Assembly: GCA_963740085.1 (NCBI GenBank)
Contig: CAVUCU010000004.1
Span: forward strand, 160,001-224,000
Origin: Nitrospirota bacterium
Lineage (GTDB): Bacteria; Nitrospirota; UBA9217
Direction of reading: 5' to 3'
DNA: 64,000 bases
Every line of letters starts with the position of its first letter. The first letter of the stretch is position 1. Shown here in pieces: positions 1-10,336 of the stretch. Made by a program: the position numbers and the translations under genes. The notes beneath the pieces are model-generated. The model was not told where the DNA came from and searched no databases. It saw only the letters and a program-made list of their open reading frames with translations.

Positions 1-24
1 TGGTGAAAAGGACGTGTGGAAATT

Positions 25-1422
25 ATGTTCGACAAATTTCATGAAGAATGCGGAGTGTTCGGGATCTTCGGCCATCCCGATGCCGCGAACCTCACCTACC
101 TGGGGCTTTATGCATTGCAGCACCGTGGCCAGGAATCGGCGGGAATCGTATCGTCCGACGGCAAGCGGCTTTATGGTGAGAAGTCCATGGGTCTCGTGGC
201 CGATATCTTCACCGAAGACCGGATCAAGAGGCTTCCCGGTCACATGGCCATCGGGCACAATCGCTATTCGACCACCGGCGACAGCGTCGCCATCAACATC
301 CAGCCCATTCTCGTGAACTTCGCGCTCGGCGGCCTCGCAATCGCCCACAACGGCAACCTCGTGAATGCCGGCATCCTCAAGGACGAACTCGAGGCCTACG
401 GCTCCATTTTCCAGTCCACCATGGACAGCGAGGTGATCGTCCATCTCATCGCCCAGTCGCGCATGTCCACCCTGCACGAGCGGATCATCGATGCCCTCAG
501 CCATGTGCAAGGCGCTTACAGTCTGCTCATTATCACCGAAGATGAACTTATCGCGGTCCGCGACCCTCACGGGTTCAGACCGCTCTCGATTGCGGAGCTA
601 GACAACGGGTATGTTGTCGCTTCAGAGACCTGCGCCTTCGATCTGATCGAGGCCACCCACATCCGCGACATCGCACCCGGCGAGATGGTCGTGATCAACA
701 GCCATGGCATCAGCTCGTCGTTTCCCTTCAAGCCCGCGGAGCCGTCCCACTGCATTTTTGAGTTCATCTATTTTGCAAGGCCCGACAGCATGGTCTTCGG
801 TCAGAACGTGTATACCATCCGGAAGAATTTCGGCAGACAGCTCGCCCGCGAGACAGGCATCGAGGCCGACGTCGTCATCCCGGTCCCGGATTCCGGCGTG
901 CCTGCGGCCCTGGGATTTGCCGAAGAGGCGGGAATTCCCTTTGATACCGGACTGATCAGGAACCACTATGTAGGACGCACGTTCATCGAGCCGCGCCAGA
1001 CCATCAGACACTTCGGGGTCAAGATCAAGCTTAATCCTGTCAAAGACGCGCTGAAAGGCAAACGAGTGGTCGTGGTGGATGATTCCATCGTGCGCGGCAC
1101 TACGAGCAAGAAGATCATCAAGATGATCAGGAACGCGGGCGCGTCGGAGATCCATATGCGCATCAGTTCCCCACCGACCGCGTTCCCCTGTTTCTACGGC
1201 ATTGACACTCCAACGAGACAGGAACTCATTGCTTCATCGCACAGTATCGAGGAGATCAGGAAGTACATAACCGCGGACACGATAGGATATATCAGCATGG
1301 ACGGCATCCAGAAGGTGGTGCCGTTCCGCATGAATTACTGCTCAGCGTGTTTTGACGGCGAGTATCCCGTGCCGTTCCCCGGCGAGAAGATGCTGCAGCT
1401 GGGATTGTTTGATAAGGAGTGA
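25..1422 (+). CDS. purF: amidophosphoribosyltransferase
   Basis: Propeptide followed by the Ntn Cys (EE/CGVFG), [13 protein letters not shown] loop [14 protein letters not shown]-terminal CSAC Fe-S motif. ATG at 25 preferred over GTG at 16. Confidence 0.97.
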   Translation: MFDKFHEECGVFGIFGHPDAANLTYLGLYALQHRGQESAGIVSSDGKRLYGEKSMGLVADIFTEDRIKRLPGHMAIGHNRYSTTGDSVAINIQPILVNFALGGLAIAHNGNLVNAGILKDELEAYGSIFQSTMDSEVIVHLIAQSRMSTLHERIIDALSHVQGAYSLLIITEDELIAVRDPHGFRPLSIAELDNGYVVASETCAFDLIEATHIRDIAPGEMVVINSHGISSSFPFKPAEPSHCIFEFIYFARPDSMVFGQNVYTIRKNFGRQLARETGIEADVVIPVPDSGVPAALGFAEEAGIPFDTGLIRNHYVGRTFIEPRQTIRHFGVKIKLNPVKDALKGKRVVVVDDSIVRGTTSKKIIKMIRNAGASEIHMRISSPPTAFPCFYGIDTPTRQELIASSHSIEEIRKYITADTIGYISMDGIQKVVPFRMNYCSACFDGEYPVPFPGEKMLQLGLFDKE

Positions 1423-1519
1423 CTTGAGGCAAGCGCGAAATTCAAAGGCATTTCGATATTTGAGATTTTGAAATTGTTTAGAGTTTCGAGCTTGGAATTC
1501 AGAACTTGCTTTGAAAGAA

Positions 1520-1595
1520 TGGTGCCGAGGCGCAGAATCGAACTGCGGACACGAGGCTTTTCAGGCCTCTGCTCTACCAACTGAGCTACCTCGGC
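1520..1595 (-). tRNA. tRNA-Phe (GAA)
   Basis: Reverse complement GCCGAGGTAGCTCAGTTGGTAGAGCAGAGGCCTGAAAAGCCTCGTGTCCGCAGTTCGATTCTGCGCCTCGGCACCA: 76-nt cloverleaf, GAA anticodon, TTCGA T-loop, encoded CCA. Confidence 0.98.
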
Positions 1596-1921
1596 GGTTT
1601 TTGACGATTGCCTGACGAGACGGTAAAATAGCAGAGTAGGGGGTTGATTGTCAAGGATTTTTCTTTTGCCCGATGATGAAGAACGTTTTCTCCATGGTCC
1701 GCCTGTTTTAACGTTACGGCTTTGACAAAAATGTTTTTTCAATGGAACCCGGACGTGTCTATCAATCAAGGTCCGTAACCTCCTGCACTATCCCTCCTCA
1801 CCGGCGAATGCTTCGGCCGGTTTCTGTTGTGATACAGGTCGTATCCAATCCATTTTCGTTTTGCCCGTTGACAGTTGTTTTGCATTTGCCGGTTGCATGC
1901 ACACCGCAGAAAAGTATTACC

Positions 1922-1951
1922 TTGACTTTAGCTGCCATTGTTTGGTAGAAT
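1922..1951 (+). promoter_or_regulatory. sigma70-type promoter of the TPR/roadblock operon
   Basis: TTGACT-N18-TAGAAT with TG extension, about 35 nt upstream of ATG 1986. Confidence 0.55.
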
Positions 1952-1985
1952 TTCGTCTATCGTTTTGATATGAAAAGCAAATTCC

Positions 1986-3689
1986 ATGGATAAAGAACCC
2001 TCTGAAATAGCCAAGTTAACGGGGCGTATTTCGAAAGACCCCAAATCAAAGCTTTTTGTTCCGCTGGCGGAAGAGTACAAAAAAACCGGGGACATTGAGA
2101 TGGCTATCTATGTGCTTTTGGAGGGGCTCAAAAGCAATCCGGATTATGTAACAGCGCGGTCATCCCTGGGCAAACTCCTGCTTGCAAAGGGAGACTTGGA
2201 GGGTGCGCAACAGGAATTTGAAGAGGTCGTGAAGACCAATCCGGACAATCTTCTGGCCCAAAAAAAACTGGGCGATCTTTTTATTCTCCGGAACAGGCCG
2301 CTTGACGCGATCCCGCATTATAAAATTGCCCTCTCTCTCAACCCCGGTGATGCGGAACTGGCCTCCCTGATACTGGATGTCGAGGAAGGCCGGGATGTCA
2401 GGTCAAAATTCCAAATGTCAAAGGCGAAGACGACTGATGACCAGGCGGTAAAACAGGAGCCACCCGCATCGGCAGCAGCCCCTGAACCGGCGCCGGGACC
2501 TGTTCCTCCCCAACCAGCGAATGTTGAACCAAGAATAACGCTTGAAGCTTCACCCGTGTCCGAGGCGGTGTCGACGGAGCCACTTACAAAGATGGCACCG
2601 GCGCCGGAGCTTTCGATGACTGAAACGGAAGAGCCGGAAGAGGTCCTCGTGGTGGAGCCGTTGGAGCCGGAGAATTCTGCGCAGGAACCGCAGGCGGCCT
2701 CCAATGATCTTCCAGGAGAACATGAACGCCCGGCAGTACCTTTGGGTGTCGCGGATGAAAGTTTTGACTTTGATTTTCAGGAAGGCGATCAACATCCGGA
2801 TGAGCCGGTTGCCAGCCAGGACATCCGTTCTGAAACGGGATTGATCGAGGTTGAGGACGGGGAAACAATCCCGACGGCTATTGCTGAGGAAACGGCTTCG
2901 GAAGAGATCATTGAGGCCGGGTTCGGCGAAGAGGTCCTTGAACCTGCGCCGGGACCATTGTCCGAAGACAGCTCGGGCAAATCAGATGATTTTACGACCG
3001 ACACGCTCGCAGAGCTTTATATTTCCCAGGGCTTCTTTGAAAAGGCCGTTGAAATATACGAACGGATGCTGGTTGATAAGCCCAACAGCCAGGGGTTGCA
3101 GGACAAACTTTCGTGGGTGAGGTCCGAATTTGCCCGAACGGTTACGCCGGCACCGGAAGAAAAAAAGGAAGAGAATATTTTCGATTCACTGGAAACGGGT
3201 GAATACGCTCCTGTTGTCGAAGACCGTGAAATTGCGGGTGAACCGCCGGAAGAGCCCCAGCCCCAGCAAAAAGACGACACCGCCGGCTTCAGACCCGATG
3301 CGGTCACTGAATCCCGGAAAGAGGTGCCGGCGATTGAGCTGGAAGAAGCGCCAATAGAAGCTGAGATTTTAGAGGAACCGGATGAAATCGGGCCGGAGAA
3401 AAAATCATCGGAGGAGAACAGTGCTGTTGAGCCCGGGGAGGATCAACCCATACCAGGGCCGAACGAGCAGACAACAGCAGGGGGAGATGCAGGGTTCGAA
3501 GTTTTGACGGATTCGCCCGCCCGGACGCAGGCCGGTTCAGAGCCAAAGCTCGAGGATTTTGAGCCGCGGGAGTACGTCCCGCCTGCCGCGGAGCCGGAAC
3601 GCACGACACGAGATCATCGCACCGGCGGGCGCAAGGAAACGATTGCTCGTTTGGAAACCTGGCTCACTACTATCAAAAAGGAGAAATAA
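1986..3689 (+). CDS. TPR protein with long acidic Pro/Glu-rich linkers
   Basis: N-terminal TPR repeats (FVPLAEEY..., ARSSLGKLLL...), internal TDTLAELYISQG TPR-like motif, short C-terminal helix (IARLETWL). Confidence 0.8.
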   Translation: MDKEPSEIAKLTGRISKDPKSKLFVPLAEEYKKTGDIEMAIYVLLEGLKSNPDYVTARSSLGKLLLAKGDLEGAQQEFEEVVKTNPDNLLAQKKLGDLFILRNRPLDAIPHYKIALSLNPGDAELASLILDVEEGRDVRSKFQMSKAKTTDDQAVKQEPPASAAAPEPAPGPVPPQPANVEPRITLEASPVSEAVSTEPLTKMAPAPELSMTETEEPEEVLVVEPLEPENSAQEPQAASNDLPGEHERPAVPLGVADESFDFDFQEGDQHPDEPVASQDIRSETGLIEVEDGETIPTAIAEETASEEIIEAGFGEEVLEPAPGPLSEDSSGKSDDFTTDTLAELYISQGFFEKAVEIYERMLVDKPNSQGLQDKLSWVRSEFARTVTPAPEEKKEENIFDSLETGEYAPVVEDREIAGEPPEEPQPQQKDDTAGFRPDAVTESRKEVPAIELEEAPIEAEILEEPDEIGPEKKSSEENSAVEPGEDQPIPGPNEQTTAGGDAGFEVLTDSPARTQAGSEPKLEDFEPREYVPPAAEPERTTRDHRTGGRKETIARLETWLTTIKKEK

Positions 3690-4046
3690 ATGTCCTTTTC
3701 CGAGATCCTGAAAGAAGTAGTCAATAGCACGGAAGGAGCCCTTGGCGCGCTGATCGTGGGTCTTGACGGCATTCCCGTTGAAGAGTACGCCGTGAACAGC
3801 GATATTGACATCCAGTCCATGACCGTTGAATTCTCGTCGCTCCTTAAGGAAATAGAGAAGGGCTCCCAAGCCGCGGAAATGGGCTCCTCCAGGGAAGTGA
3901 CGGTCATCGCGGACAAGGCCATAATCATGCTGCGCAGGCTGAACGAAGAGTATTTTATCGTTTTGATCTTAAGACCTGAGGGAAATTTCGGCAAAGGAAG
4001 GTTCCTCCTTCGAGTGTCGGCGCCCAGGCTGCTGAAAGAGTTTTGA
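3690..4046 (+). CDS. roadblock/LC7 domain protein (MglB/MglC-like)
   Basis: 118 aa; [12 protein letters not shown] and [10 protein letters not shown] patterns typical of roadblock proteins; directly follows the TPR gene stop. Confidence 0.8.
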   Translation: MSFSEILKEVVNSTEGALGALIVGLDGIPVEEYAVNSDIDIQSMTVEFSSLLKEIEKGSQAAEMGSSREVTVIADKAIIMLRRLNEEYFIVLILRPEGNFGKGRFLLRVSAPRLLKEF

Positions 4047-4082
4047 GAAAATTGATTATTCTCGGCTGTGCGGTCGCTCCAG

Positions 4083-4109
4083 AAACTGCCTTGGGCAGTT
4101 TTTTATTTT
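4083..4109 (+). terminator. intrinsic terminator-like hairpin
   Basis: AAACTGCC-TTG-GGCAGTTT followed by a T-rich run. Confidence 0.6.
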
Positions 4110-4122
4110 GTGCGGGGGATAT

Positions 4123-4572
4123 ATGAAAATCCTGGTCATTCACGGGCCCAACCTGAACCTTCTCGGCAGGCGCGAACCTGACATATACGGCACGCTCACA
4201 CTCGATGAGATCAATAACAGGCTTTCCTCGCTTGCGAAGGAACTCGGCGCCGAGGTATCGTTCTATCAGTCGAATCATGAGGGAGAGCTGGTCCAGAAGA
4301 TCCAGGACGCCATGGGCGTCTACGGGGCCATCGTGATCAATCCGGGCGCGTACACGCACACCAGCGTGGCACTCCGGGACGCGATATCATCCACCGGTAT
4401 TCCGACCGTGGAAGCGCATATCTCCAATATCTATAGACGCGAGGAGTTCCGGAAGCATTCGTACATCTCCGATGTGGCGATCGGGCAGGTCACCGGCTTT
4501 GGGGCCGACAGCTACCTCCTTGCGTTCAGGGCAGCGGTCGGGTTCGGAAGGGCCGGTGCGGGCAAGAAGTGA
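4123..4572 (+). CDS. aroQ: type II 3-dehydroquinate dehydratase
   Basis: [44 protein letters not shown]. Confidence 0.96.
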   Translation: MKILVIHGPNLNLLGRREPDIYGTLTLDEINNRLSSLAKELGAEVSFYQSNHEGELVQKIQDAMGVYGAIVINPGAYTHTSVALRDAISSTGIPTVEAHISNIYRREEFRKHSYISDVAIGQVTGFGADSYLLAFRAAVGFGRAGAGKK

Positions 4573-5654
4573 TGCGGAGGCCGGAACAAGACCGTCTCGC
4601 CGGGCTCAGGCAGATCATGAGCGCGAACAAGCTCGACTCACTTCTCGTGACCAGACGTGAAGATGTTCGCTATCTGAGCGGGTTCACCGGTTCGTCCGGT
4701 TCCCTGCTGGTCTCTTCAAACAGGTCATGTCTGATCACTGATTTCCGATACACTGTGCAGTCCCGCAAGGAAACCGCCGGTATCGTGATCCTGATCCAGA
4801 AAAAAGATCATTTCACGGCTGTCCGGGAGGCCGGCGAGCGTATGGGCGTTGATACGCTCTGGTTCGACGAATCGGCGCTCACGGTCGAAGGACTTAAAAA
4901 TTTTAAAAAAGCGGGGTTCAAGCTCAAGGGACATGCTGACCTGATCAGGACGCTCAGGCAGCAGAAAGACAAACAGGAACTTGCGAACATAAGAACGGCC
5001 ATACGCCGTGCCGAGGAAGCGTTCCTGGAGTTAAAGGCGGACATCAAGCCGGGGGCCACGGAGCAGTGGCTCGGCTCGAAGCTTGAATATCTGATGCGGG
5101 AGAAAGGCGCTCACCGGGCGGCTTTTGATACCATTGTGGCTTCAGGCGCTCACGGGGCCATGCCCCATGCCTCGGTAACGAACCGTCGCATAAAAAAAGG
5201 GGATCTGGTGACCTTTGACTTCGGCGCTGAGGCGAACGGGTATTACAGCGATATAACGCGGACCTGCTGTGTCGGGCGGCCTTCCGCGCGGCAGAGGGAG
5301 ATCCATGATCTTGTGCTGCAAGCCCAGTCAGCCGCGATCCAGAGCATCGGCATCGGCGTTCCGTGCAGGTCTGTTGACCATGCCGCACGGGAGGTCATCA
5401 AAGGAGCGGGACACGGAAGGCACTTTGGCCATGGCACCGGACACGGCGTCGGGCTCATGATCCATGAGGGGCCGTCCGTCTCTCCGCTGTCCAGCGATAC
5501 CGTTGAAGAGAACATGGTTTTCACCGTCGAGCCAGGCGTGTATATCCCCGGCTGGGGAGGGGTCCGCATCGAAGACATGGTTCTGGTGACGGGAAAAGGC
5601 GTCAAGGTGCTGACCACGTTGCCGAGGGAGTTGGAGAGCTTAAAGAGTCTATAG
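4569..5654 (+). CDS. Xaa-Pro aminopeptidase (M24 family)
   Basis: Creatinase-like N domain; [28 protein letters not shown] metal ligands. Confidence 0.93.
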   Translation: MMRRPEQDRLAGLRQIMSANKLDSLLVTRREDVRYLSGFTGSSGSLLVSSNRSCLITDFRYTVQSRKETAGIVILIQKKDHFTAVREAGERMGVDTLWFDESALTVEGLKNFKKAGFKLKGHADLIRTLRQQKDKQELANIRTAIRRAEEAFLELKADIKPGATEQWLGSKLEYLMREKGAHRAAFDTIVASGAHGAMPHASVTNRRIKKGDLVTFDFGAEANGYYSDITRTCCVGRPSARQREIHDLVLQAQSAAIQSIGIGVPCRSVDHAAREVIKGAGHGRHFGHGTGHGVGLMIHEGPSVSPLSSDTVEENMVFTVEPGVYIPGWGGVRIEDMVLVTGKGVKVLTTLPRELESLKSL

Positions 5655-5707
5655 AGTCTATAGAGTCTAAAGAGTTTGTAGAGTTTATAGAGTTTATTGA
5701 GTCTGAT
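5636..5707. repeat. 9-nt tandem repeat (consensus GAGTYTATA), 8 units
   Basis: gagcttaaa gagtctata gagtctata gagtctaaa gagtttgta gagtttata gagtttatt gagtctgat; overlaps the peptidase stop codon. Confidence 0.9.
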
Positions 5708-5775
5708 GAGTGAAAGAGCAGAGCGGTCAAGTGGACCTGATATTATATTGCAGTACGAAAGGGAGGTAGTGCGAA

Positions 5776-6342
5776 GTGCCGGTATCCACAACAGAGTTTA
5801 GAAACGGTTTAAAAATCGAGATCGACGGCGAGCCGTACGTGATCGTGGAGTTTCAGCATGTGAAACCCGGCAAGGGCGGGGCGTTCGTGAGGACCAAGTT
5901 CAAAAGCCTCAAGTCGGGGAACGTGACCGACAAGACCTTCAGGGCGGGTGAAAAAGTAGATGTCCCCGACCTCGAGGAAAAGACGATGCAGTACCTTTAT
6001 GGCGCCGACAAGGACCGCGTGTTCATGGATACCACCAGCTATGAACAGGTATCCCTGAACGAAAAGCAGCTCGGCGACAGTATCAATTATCTTAAAGAGA
6101 ATATGGAAATCAAGGTCCTCTATCACAAGGGAATGCCGATAAACATTGAAGTTCCCATGTTTGTGGAGCTCGTGATCGCCAAGACCGATCCGGGTGTGCG
6201 GGGCGATACCGCCTCGGGGGGCTCCAAGCCGGCAACCCTCGAGACCGGCGCCATGGTCAAGGTTCCGCTTTACATGAACGAAGGCGATGTCATCAAAGTC
6301 GACACGCGCACGGGGACCTTTATCGAGCGGGTCAAGAAATAG
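5776..6342 (+). CDS. efp: translation elongation factor P
   Basis: [12 protein letters not shown] loop; PGVRGDTA; KPATLETG. Confidence 0.97.
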   Translation: MPVSTTEFRNGLKIEIDGEPYVIVEFQHVKPGKGGAFVRTKFKSLKSGNVTDKTFRAGEKVDVPDLEEKTMQYLYGADKDRVFMDTTSYEQVSLNEKQLGDSINYLKENMEIKVLYHKGMPINIEVPMFVELVIAKTDPGVRGDTASGGSKPATLETGAMVKVPLYMNEGDVIKVDTRTGTFIERVKK

Positions 6343-6384
6343 TCCTGTTCACCATCATATCAGCGACGTGAAAAAGGAGTAGTT

Positions 6385-6885
6385 ATGAACCTGAAAGAGA
6401 TCAAGGAACTGATAGAGCTGATGAAAAACACGGACATCTCGGAACTGGAGATCGAACGTTCGGGTGTGAAAGTTCGGCTCCGGAAGGGCGGTGACGTCAC
6501 CTTCCATCCTTCAATGCCGCGCATGGAATATCCGCCCGCCGCCATCGTGGCGCCGGCAGTCGCCGTGGCGCCGACGCCCGGGGCAGTTGCCGAGAAGGAA
6601 ACGGAGCCGGCCAAAACGAACGTCATCAAGGTTACGTCTCCCATTGTCGGCACGTTCTACCGGTCGAGTTCTCCGGACAAGCCGGCGTATGTGGAGGTCG
6701 GTGATGTCGTGAAAAAAGGCCAGGTGCTCTGCATCATCGAAGCAATGAAACTCATGAATGAGATCGAGTGCGAGAGCGCCGGAAAGATCGTTCAGATACT
6801 GGTGGAGAGCGGCGCTCCCGTGGAGTACGGCGAGCCGCTTTTCGTGATCGAGCAAAATGAGGACGGTAATGTGAAATTGAAGTAA
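6385..6885 (+). CDS. accB: acetyl-CoA carboxylase biotin carboxyl carrier protein
   Basis: SPIVGTFY and the EAMKLMNEI biotinylation motif. Confidence 0.97.
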   Translation: MNLKEIKELIELMKNTDISELEIERSGVKVRLRKGGDVTFHPSMPRMEYPPAAIVAPAVAVAPTPGAVAEKETEPAKTNVIKVTSPIVGTFYRSSSPDKPAYVEVGDVVKKGQVLCIIEAMKLMNEIECESAGKIVQILVESGAPVEYGEPLFVIEQNEDGNVKLK

Positions 6886-7004
6886 CTGCCCGGGTGGACA
6901 GCTGAAGGTGAAGAGACTAAAGTGGGTGCAAATAGTTATTTTGAACACTTCTGTCTTCAACCTCACCGTCTGAATTGCTTCAGCTCGAATATCCGGGTAG
7001 TTCC
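6882..7004. mobile_element. MITE-like element, GTAACT-type termini, CTGAAG internal hairpin
   Basis: GTAACTGCCCGG ... CCGGGTAGTTCC (10/12 inverted match); internal inverted repeat AGCTGAAG...CTTCAGCT. Confidence 0.6.
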
Positions 7005-7019
7005 CTTTGAGGTGAGTGA

Positions 7020-8366
7020 GTGTTTAAAAAAATATTGATCGCCAACCGCGGCGAGATCGCTCTCCGTGTCATCCGGGCATGCAAGGAGATGGGCATCAAG
7101 ACTGTTGCCGTGCATTCCACCGCGGACGCAAACTCACTGCATGTGCGCTTCGCGGATGAGAGCGTCTGCATCGGTCCGCCGAAGAGCTCGGACAGTTATC
7201 TGAACGTCCCGAGCATCATAAGCGCTGCAGAGATCACGGATGCCGAGGCCATTCACCCCGGATACGGCTTCCTTGCGGAGAACGCGAGTTTCGCCGAGAT
7301 CTGCAACTCCACGGGGATCCGTTTCATCGGACCGAGCCCCGAGAGCATCAAGCAGATGGGAGACAAGGCCAGGGCCCGGGAAACGGCGCAGAAAGCGGGC
7401 GTTCCCGTTCTGCCGGGCAGCAATGGAGTAGTGACCGAGGAAAGCAGCGCTATTGAGATCGCGAGGGATATCGGCTTCCCGGTGATCGTCAAGGCCGCAG
7501 CGGGGGGAGGCGGCAAAGGCATGCGTGTTGTGCTGGAAGAGTCTGAGTTCGCCAATGCCTTTGTCATGGCCCAGACCGAGGCGCTTGCCGCGTTCAGCAA
7601 CGCCGACGTCTATATAGAAAAGTATATCCTCCAGCCGCGGCATATCGAGATCCAGCTTATCGCGGACGAAAAAGGGAACACGGTCCACCTTGGCGAACGT
7701 GAATGTTCGATCCAGCGCAGGCACCAGAAGCTGATCGAGGAAGCCCCTTCCGTCATTGTCAACGAAGCTTTGCGGAAACAGATGGGAGAGATGGCTGTTG
7801 CCATTGCAAGGTCCGTCAAGTACCGCAACGCAGGGACGATCGAGTTCCTGTTGGACGAGAGCGGAAAATATTACTTCATGGAGATGAATACCCGTATCCA
7901 GGTAGAGCACCCGGTGACGGAGATGGTGACGGGAATAGATCTGGTGAAGGAGCAGATCCGCATTGCGGCGGGACTGCCCCTCTCGTTCACCCAGGGTGAT
8001 ATCAGGATCAAGGGACACAGCATCGAATGCAGGATCAACGCCGAGGACCCGGAGAAGTTCACTCCTTCGCCGGGAACCATCACCGCGTTCAACCCCCCGG
8101 GAGGCCCCGGTGTCCGGGTGGAAACCGCTGCCTACACCCAGTACGTGATCCCGCCTTATTATGATTCGATGATCGCCAAACTGGTCGTGCACGCGGAGAC
8201 CAGGGCCGACGCGATCATGAGGATGAAGCGTGCGCTGAACGAGTTCATCATCGAGGGGGTCAAGACCACGATCCCCATGCAAAAAAAGATCCTTGACGAC
8301 CCTCAATTTCAGAAGGGCGATATTTCCACCAAGTTCATGGAGCGGTACAATAACCCGGCAACGTGA
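7020..8366 (+). CDS. accC: biotin carboxylase
   Basis: [45 protein letters not shown]. Confidence 0.98.
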   Translation: MFKKILIANRGEIALRVIRACKEMGIKTVAVHSTADANSLHVRFADESVCIGPPKSSDSYLNVPSIISAAEITDAEAIHPGYGFLAENASFAEICNSTGIRFIGPSPESIKQMGDKARARETAQKAGVPVLPGSNGVVTEESSAIEIARDIGFPVIVKAAAGGGGKGMRVVLEESEFANAFVMAQTEALAAFSNADVYIEKYILQPRHIEIQLIADEKGNTVHLGERECSIQRRHQKLIEEAPSVIVNEALRKQMGEMAVAIARSVKYRNAGTIEFLLDESGKYYFMEMNTRIQVEHPVTEMVTGIDLVKEQIRIAAGLPLSFTQGDIRIKGHSIECRINAEDPEKFTPSPGTITAFNPPGGPGVRVETAAYTQYVIPPYYDSMIAKLVVHAETRADAIMRMKRALNEFIIEGVKTTIPMQKKILDDPQFQKGDISTKFMERYNNPAT

Positions 8367-8367
8367 T

Positions 8368-9015
8368 ATGAAAGGGCTCTGTCTGATCCTTGATCAGGAC
8401 CTTCTCCGCGTCAGTCCGGAGCAGGCGATGCGACAGGCGCTGGCCGCGGGGGTGAAGTTCTTCCAGTACCGGAACAAGAACGGAGCGCGGAAGGTCATCT
8501 ATGAAACCGCATTGACGCTCTCCCGGATCGCCGGGAACGCGCAGGCGTGTTTCATCGTCAATGACCATGCCGACATAGCAGCGGCTGTTGATGCGGACGG
8601 AGTGCATCTGGGGCAGGACGACCTCCCGATCGAATTCGCGCGAAGACTGCTCGGCAGGGACAAACTCATCGGAATCTCAACCCATAGTCTTGAACAGGCC
8701 CGCGCAGCAGAGGCCGCAGGCGCGGACTACATTGGGTTCGGCTCCCTCTTCAGAACTTCTACCAAGGATGCCGGACAAACGCAGGGGATACAGAACCTCA
8801 CGATCATCACAAATTCGGTTGCTATCCCGGTCATTGCCATCGGCGGCATCAATCAGGCGAATGTGCAGTTTGTTGCCCGGGCCGGCGCGGCCGGCGCGGC
8901 GGTGATATCGGCAGTGCTGGCCGCCCCTGACATCAGGTCCGCGGCGGAGCAGCTGGTCGGCATATGGACGGTAAACCGTCAAACGTTACATGAGATAGTG
9001 AGGGACAAAAAATGA
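8368..9015 (+). CDS. thiE: thiamine-phosphate synthase
   Basis: QYRNK, IVNDH, GVHLGQDD, GISTH, AIGGI; ATG at 8368 just after the accC stop. Confidence 0.93.
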   Translation: MKGLCLILDQDLLRVSPEQAMRQALAAGVKFFQYRNKNGARKVIYETALTLSRIAGNAQACFIVNDHADIAAAVDADGVHLGQDDLPIEFARRLLGRDKLIGISTHSLEQARAAEAAGADYIGFGSLFRTSTKDAGQTQGIQNLTIITNSVAIPVIAIGGINQANVQFVARAGAAGAAVISAVLAAPDIRSAAEQLVGIWTVNRQTLHEIVRDKK

Positions 9016-9028
9016 AACCGCAAGATTT

Positions 9029-9092
9029 AACCACAGAGAACACCGAGAAAAAGTCTTTTCGATATTAAACAAACCCTGTGAATTCTGTGGTT
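9029..9092. repeat. palindromic element, ACCACAGAG family
   Basis: AACCACAGAG...TTCTGTGGTT arms; relatives at 18894, 19552 and 53841. Confidence 0.7.
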
Positions 9093-9110
9093 TGATGTCA
9101 GGAGGGATAC

Positions 9111-10205
9111 ATGAAGAAAATCATATCACTTCTGTTCATGGTGGCGCTCTTCGGCTGCACCCATCAGGACGAAAACGTCATCAGGATCGGCGCCGCAGGT
9201 CCCATGACCGGGGACCAGAGCAAGATGGGCATCGACCTGAGGAACGGAGTTGAACTTGCTGCTGCTGAATGGAATGAAAAAGGCGGTCTCCTGGGGAAAA
9301 AGGTCCAGGTGGTCCCGGGTGATGATCAAGCGGACCCTAAACAGGCAGTGTCAATCGCAAACAAGTTCATAAACCAGAAGGTGAATGCAGTCGTGGGACA
9401 TTGGAATTCCAACTGCTCTATTATTGCATCGACGTATTACCATGCCGCACATATTGTCGCCATCAGCCCCGCCTCAACGAATCCCCGACTTACCCAGCAG
9501 GGATATAAGACCATTTTTCGCGTATGCGGCACCGATGACCAACAGGGAGGAGTTGCGGCGGAATTTGTTCTGAAAACGTTGAAATCGAAACGAGTGGCCG
9601 TTCTCCATGACAAGACGACATATGGTCAGGGTCTCGCGGATTATTTCAAGAAAGCCGTTGAAAACAAGGTTCGGGTGGTTTTTTACGACGGCATCCAGAC
9701 CAGGGACCCCGATTATAAAGCGGTATTGACCTCGATGAAAGAAAAGAATCCGGACGTTTATTTCTTCGGCGGCGTATATCCCGAGGCCGGCAGGCTCGTC
9801 CGTCAGGCCAAAGAGGTGGGGATGAATATCCCCATGATCACCGGGGACGGAGTGTATGACCCGACGTTCATAGCGATCGCGGGTAAATCGGCCGAAGGGA
9901 CCTATGTGACGTTCGGCAAAGACCCCTCGGGGTTGACGACGTCCAGGTCGTTCAATGAAAAATATACCGCAAAATACGGCGCCCCGGGGCCGTACTCCAT
10001 CTATGCCTATGACGCGGCCAACGTCATTCTTACCGCGATCCAACAGACGGGGACGACGGACGGCTTGAAAGTCGCGGAGTACATTTCCCGCAGCACCTTT
10101 AAAGGCGCGTTTGGCGACATATCCTTTGACAAGAACGGTGATGTGTCCAAGGCGCCTTATGTGGTGTGGAAGGTCGTTGACGGTAAATTTGTTGAAGTGA
10201 AGTAG
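9111..10205 (+). CDS. branched-chain amino acid ABC transporter substrate-binding lipoprotein (LivJ/K family)
   Basis: Lipobox LFGC; DDQADPKQAV, HDKTTYGQGLA, YAYDAA. Confidence 0.92.
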   Translation: MKKIISLLFMVALFGCTHQDENVIRIGAAGPMTGDQSKMGIDLRNGVELAAAEWNEKGGLLGKKVQVVPGDDQADPKQAVSIANKFINQKVNAVVGHWNSNCSIIASTYYHAAHIVAISPASTNPRLTQQGYKTIFRVCGTDDQQGGVAAEFVLKTLKSKRVAVLHDKTTYGQGLADYFKKAVENKVRVVFYDGIQTRDPDYKAVLTSMKEKNPDVYFFGGVYPEAGRLVRQAKEVGMNIPMITGDGVYDPTFIAIAGKSAEGTYVTFGKDPSGLTTSRSFNEKYTAKYGAPGPYSIYAYDAANVILTAIQQTGTTDGLKVAEYISRSTFKGAFGDISFDKNGDVSKAPYVVWKVVDGKFVEVK

Positions 10206-10261
10206 AAGGTAATCAGGTTCAGCGTTTAAAGTTCACGGTTCAAGGTTGGAAAGTCCACCGA

Positions 10262-10324
10262 CCTGAACCCTGAACCCTGAACCCTGAACCCTGAACCCTG
10301 AACCCTGAACCCTGAACCCTGAAC
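10262..10324. repeat. perfect heptamer tandem repeat (CCTGAAC)x9, with degenerate inverted units upstream at about 10215-10250
   Basis: Counted directly; upstream GGTTCAG/AGTTCAC/GGTTCAA units are reverse-complement-like. Confidence 0.95.
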
Positions 10325-10336
10325 CGGTGGTCTTCC

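Noticed and set aside
1520-1595. tRNA-Phe as an integration site
   Set aside because: No integrase and no duplicated tRNA 3' end seen; flanks are core genes.
5636-5707. Possible CRISPR array
   Set aside because: Contiguous 9-nt units with no spacers; no cas genes in the window.
10262-10324. CCCTGAA array resembles a eukaryotic (Plasmodium-type) telomere repeat
   Set aside because: Internal, only 9 units, flanked by intact bacterial livK/livH, and one of many heptamer elements here.
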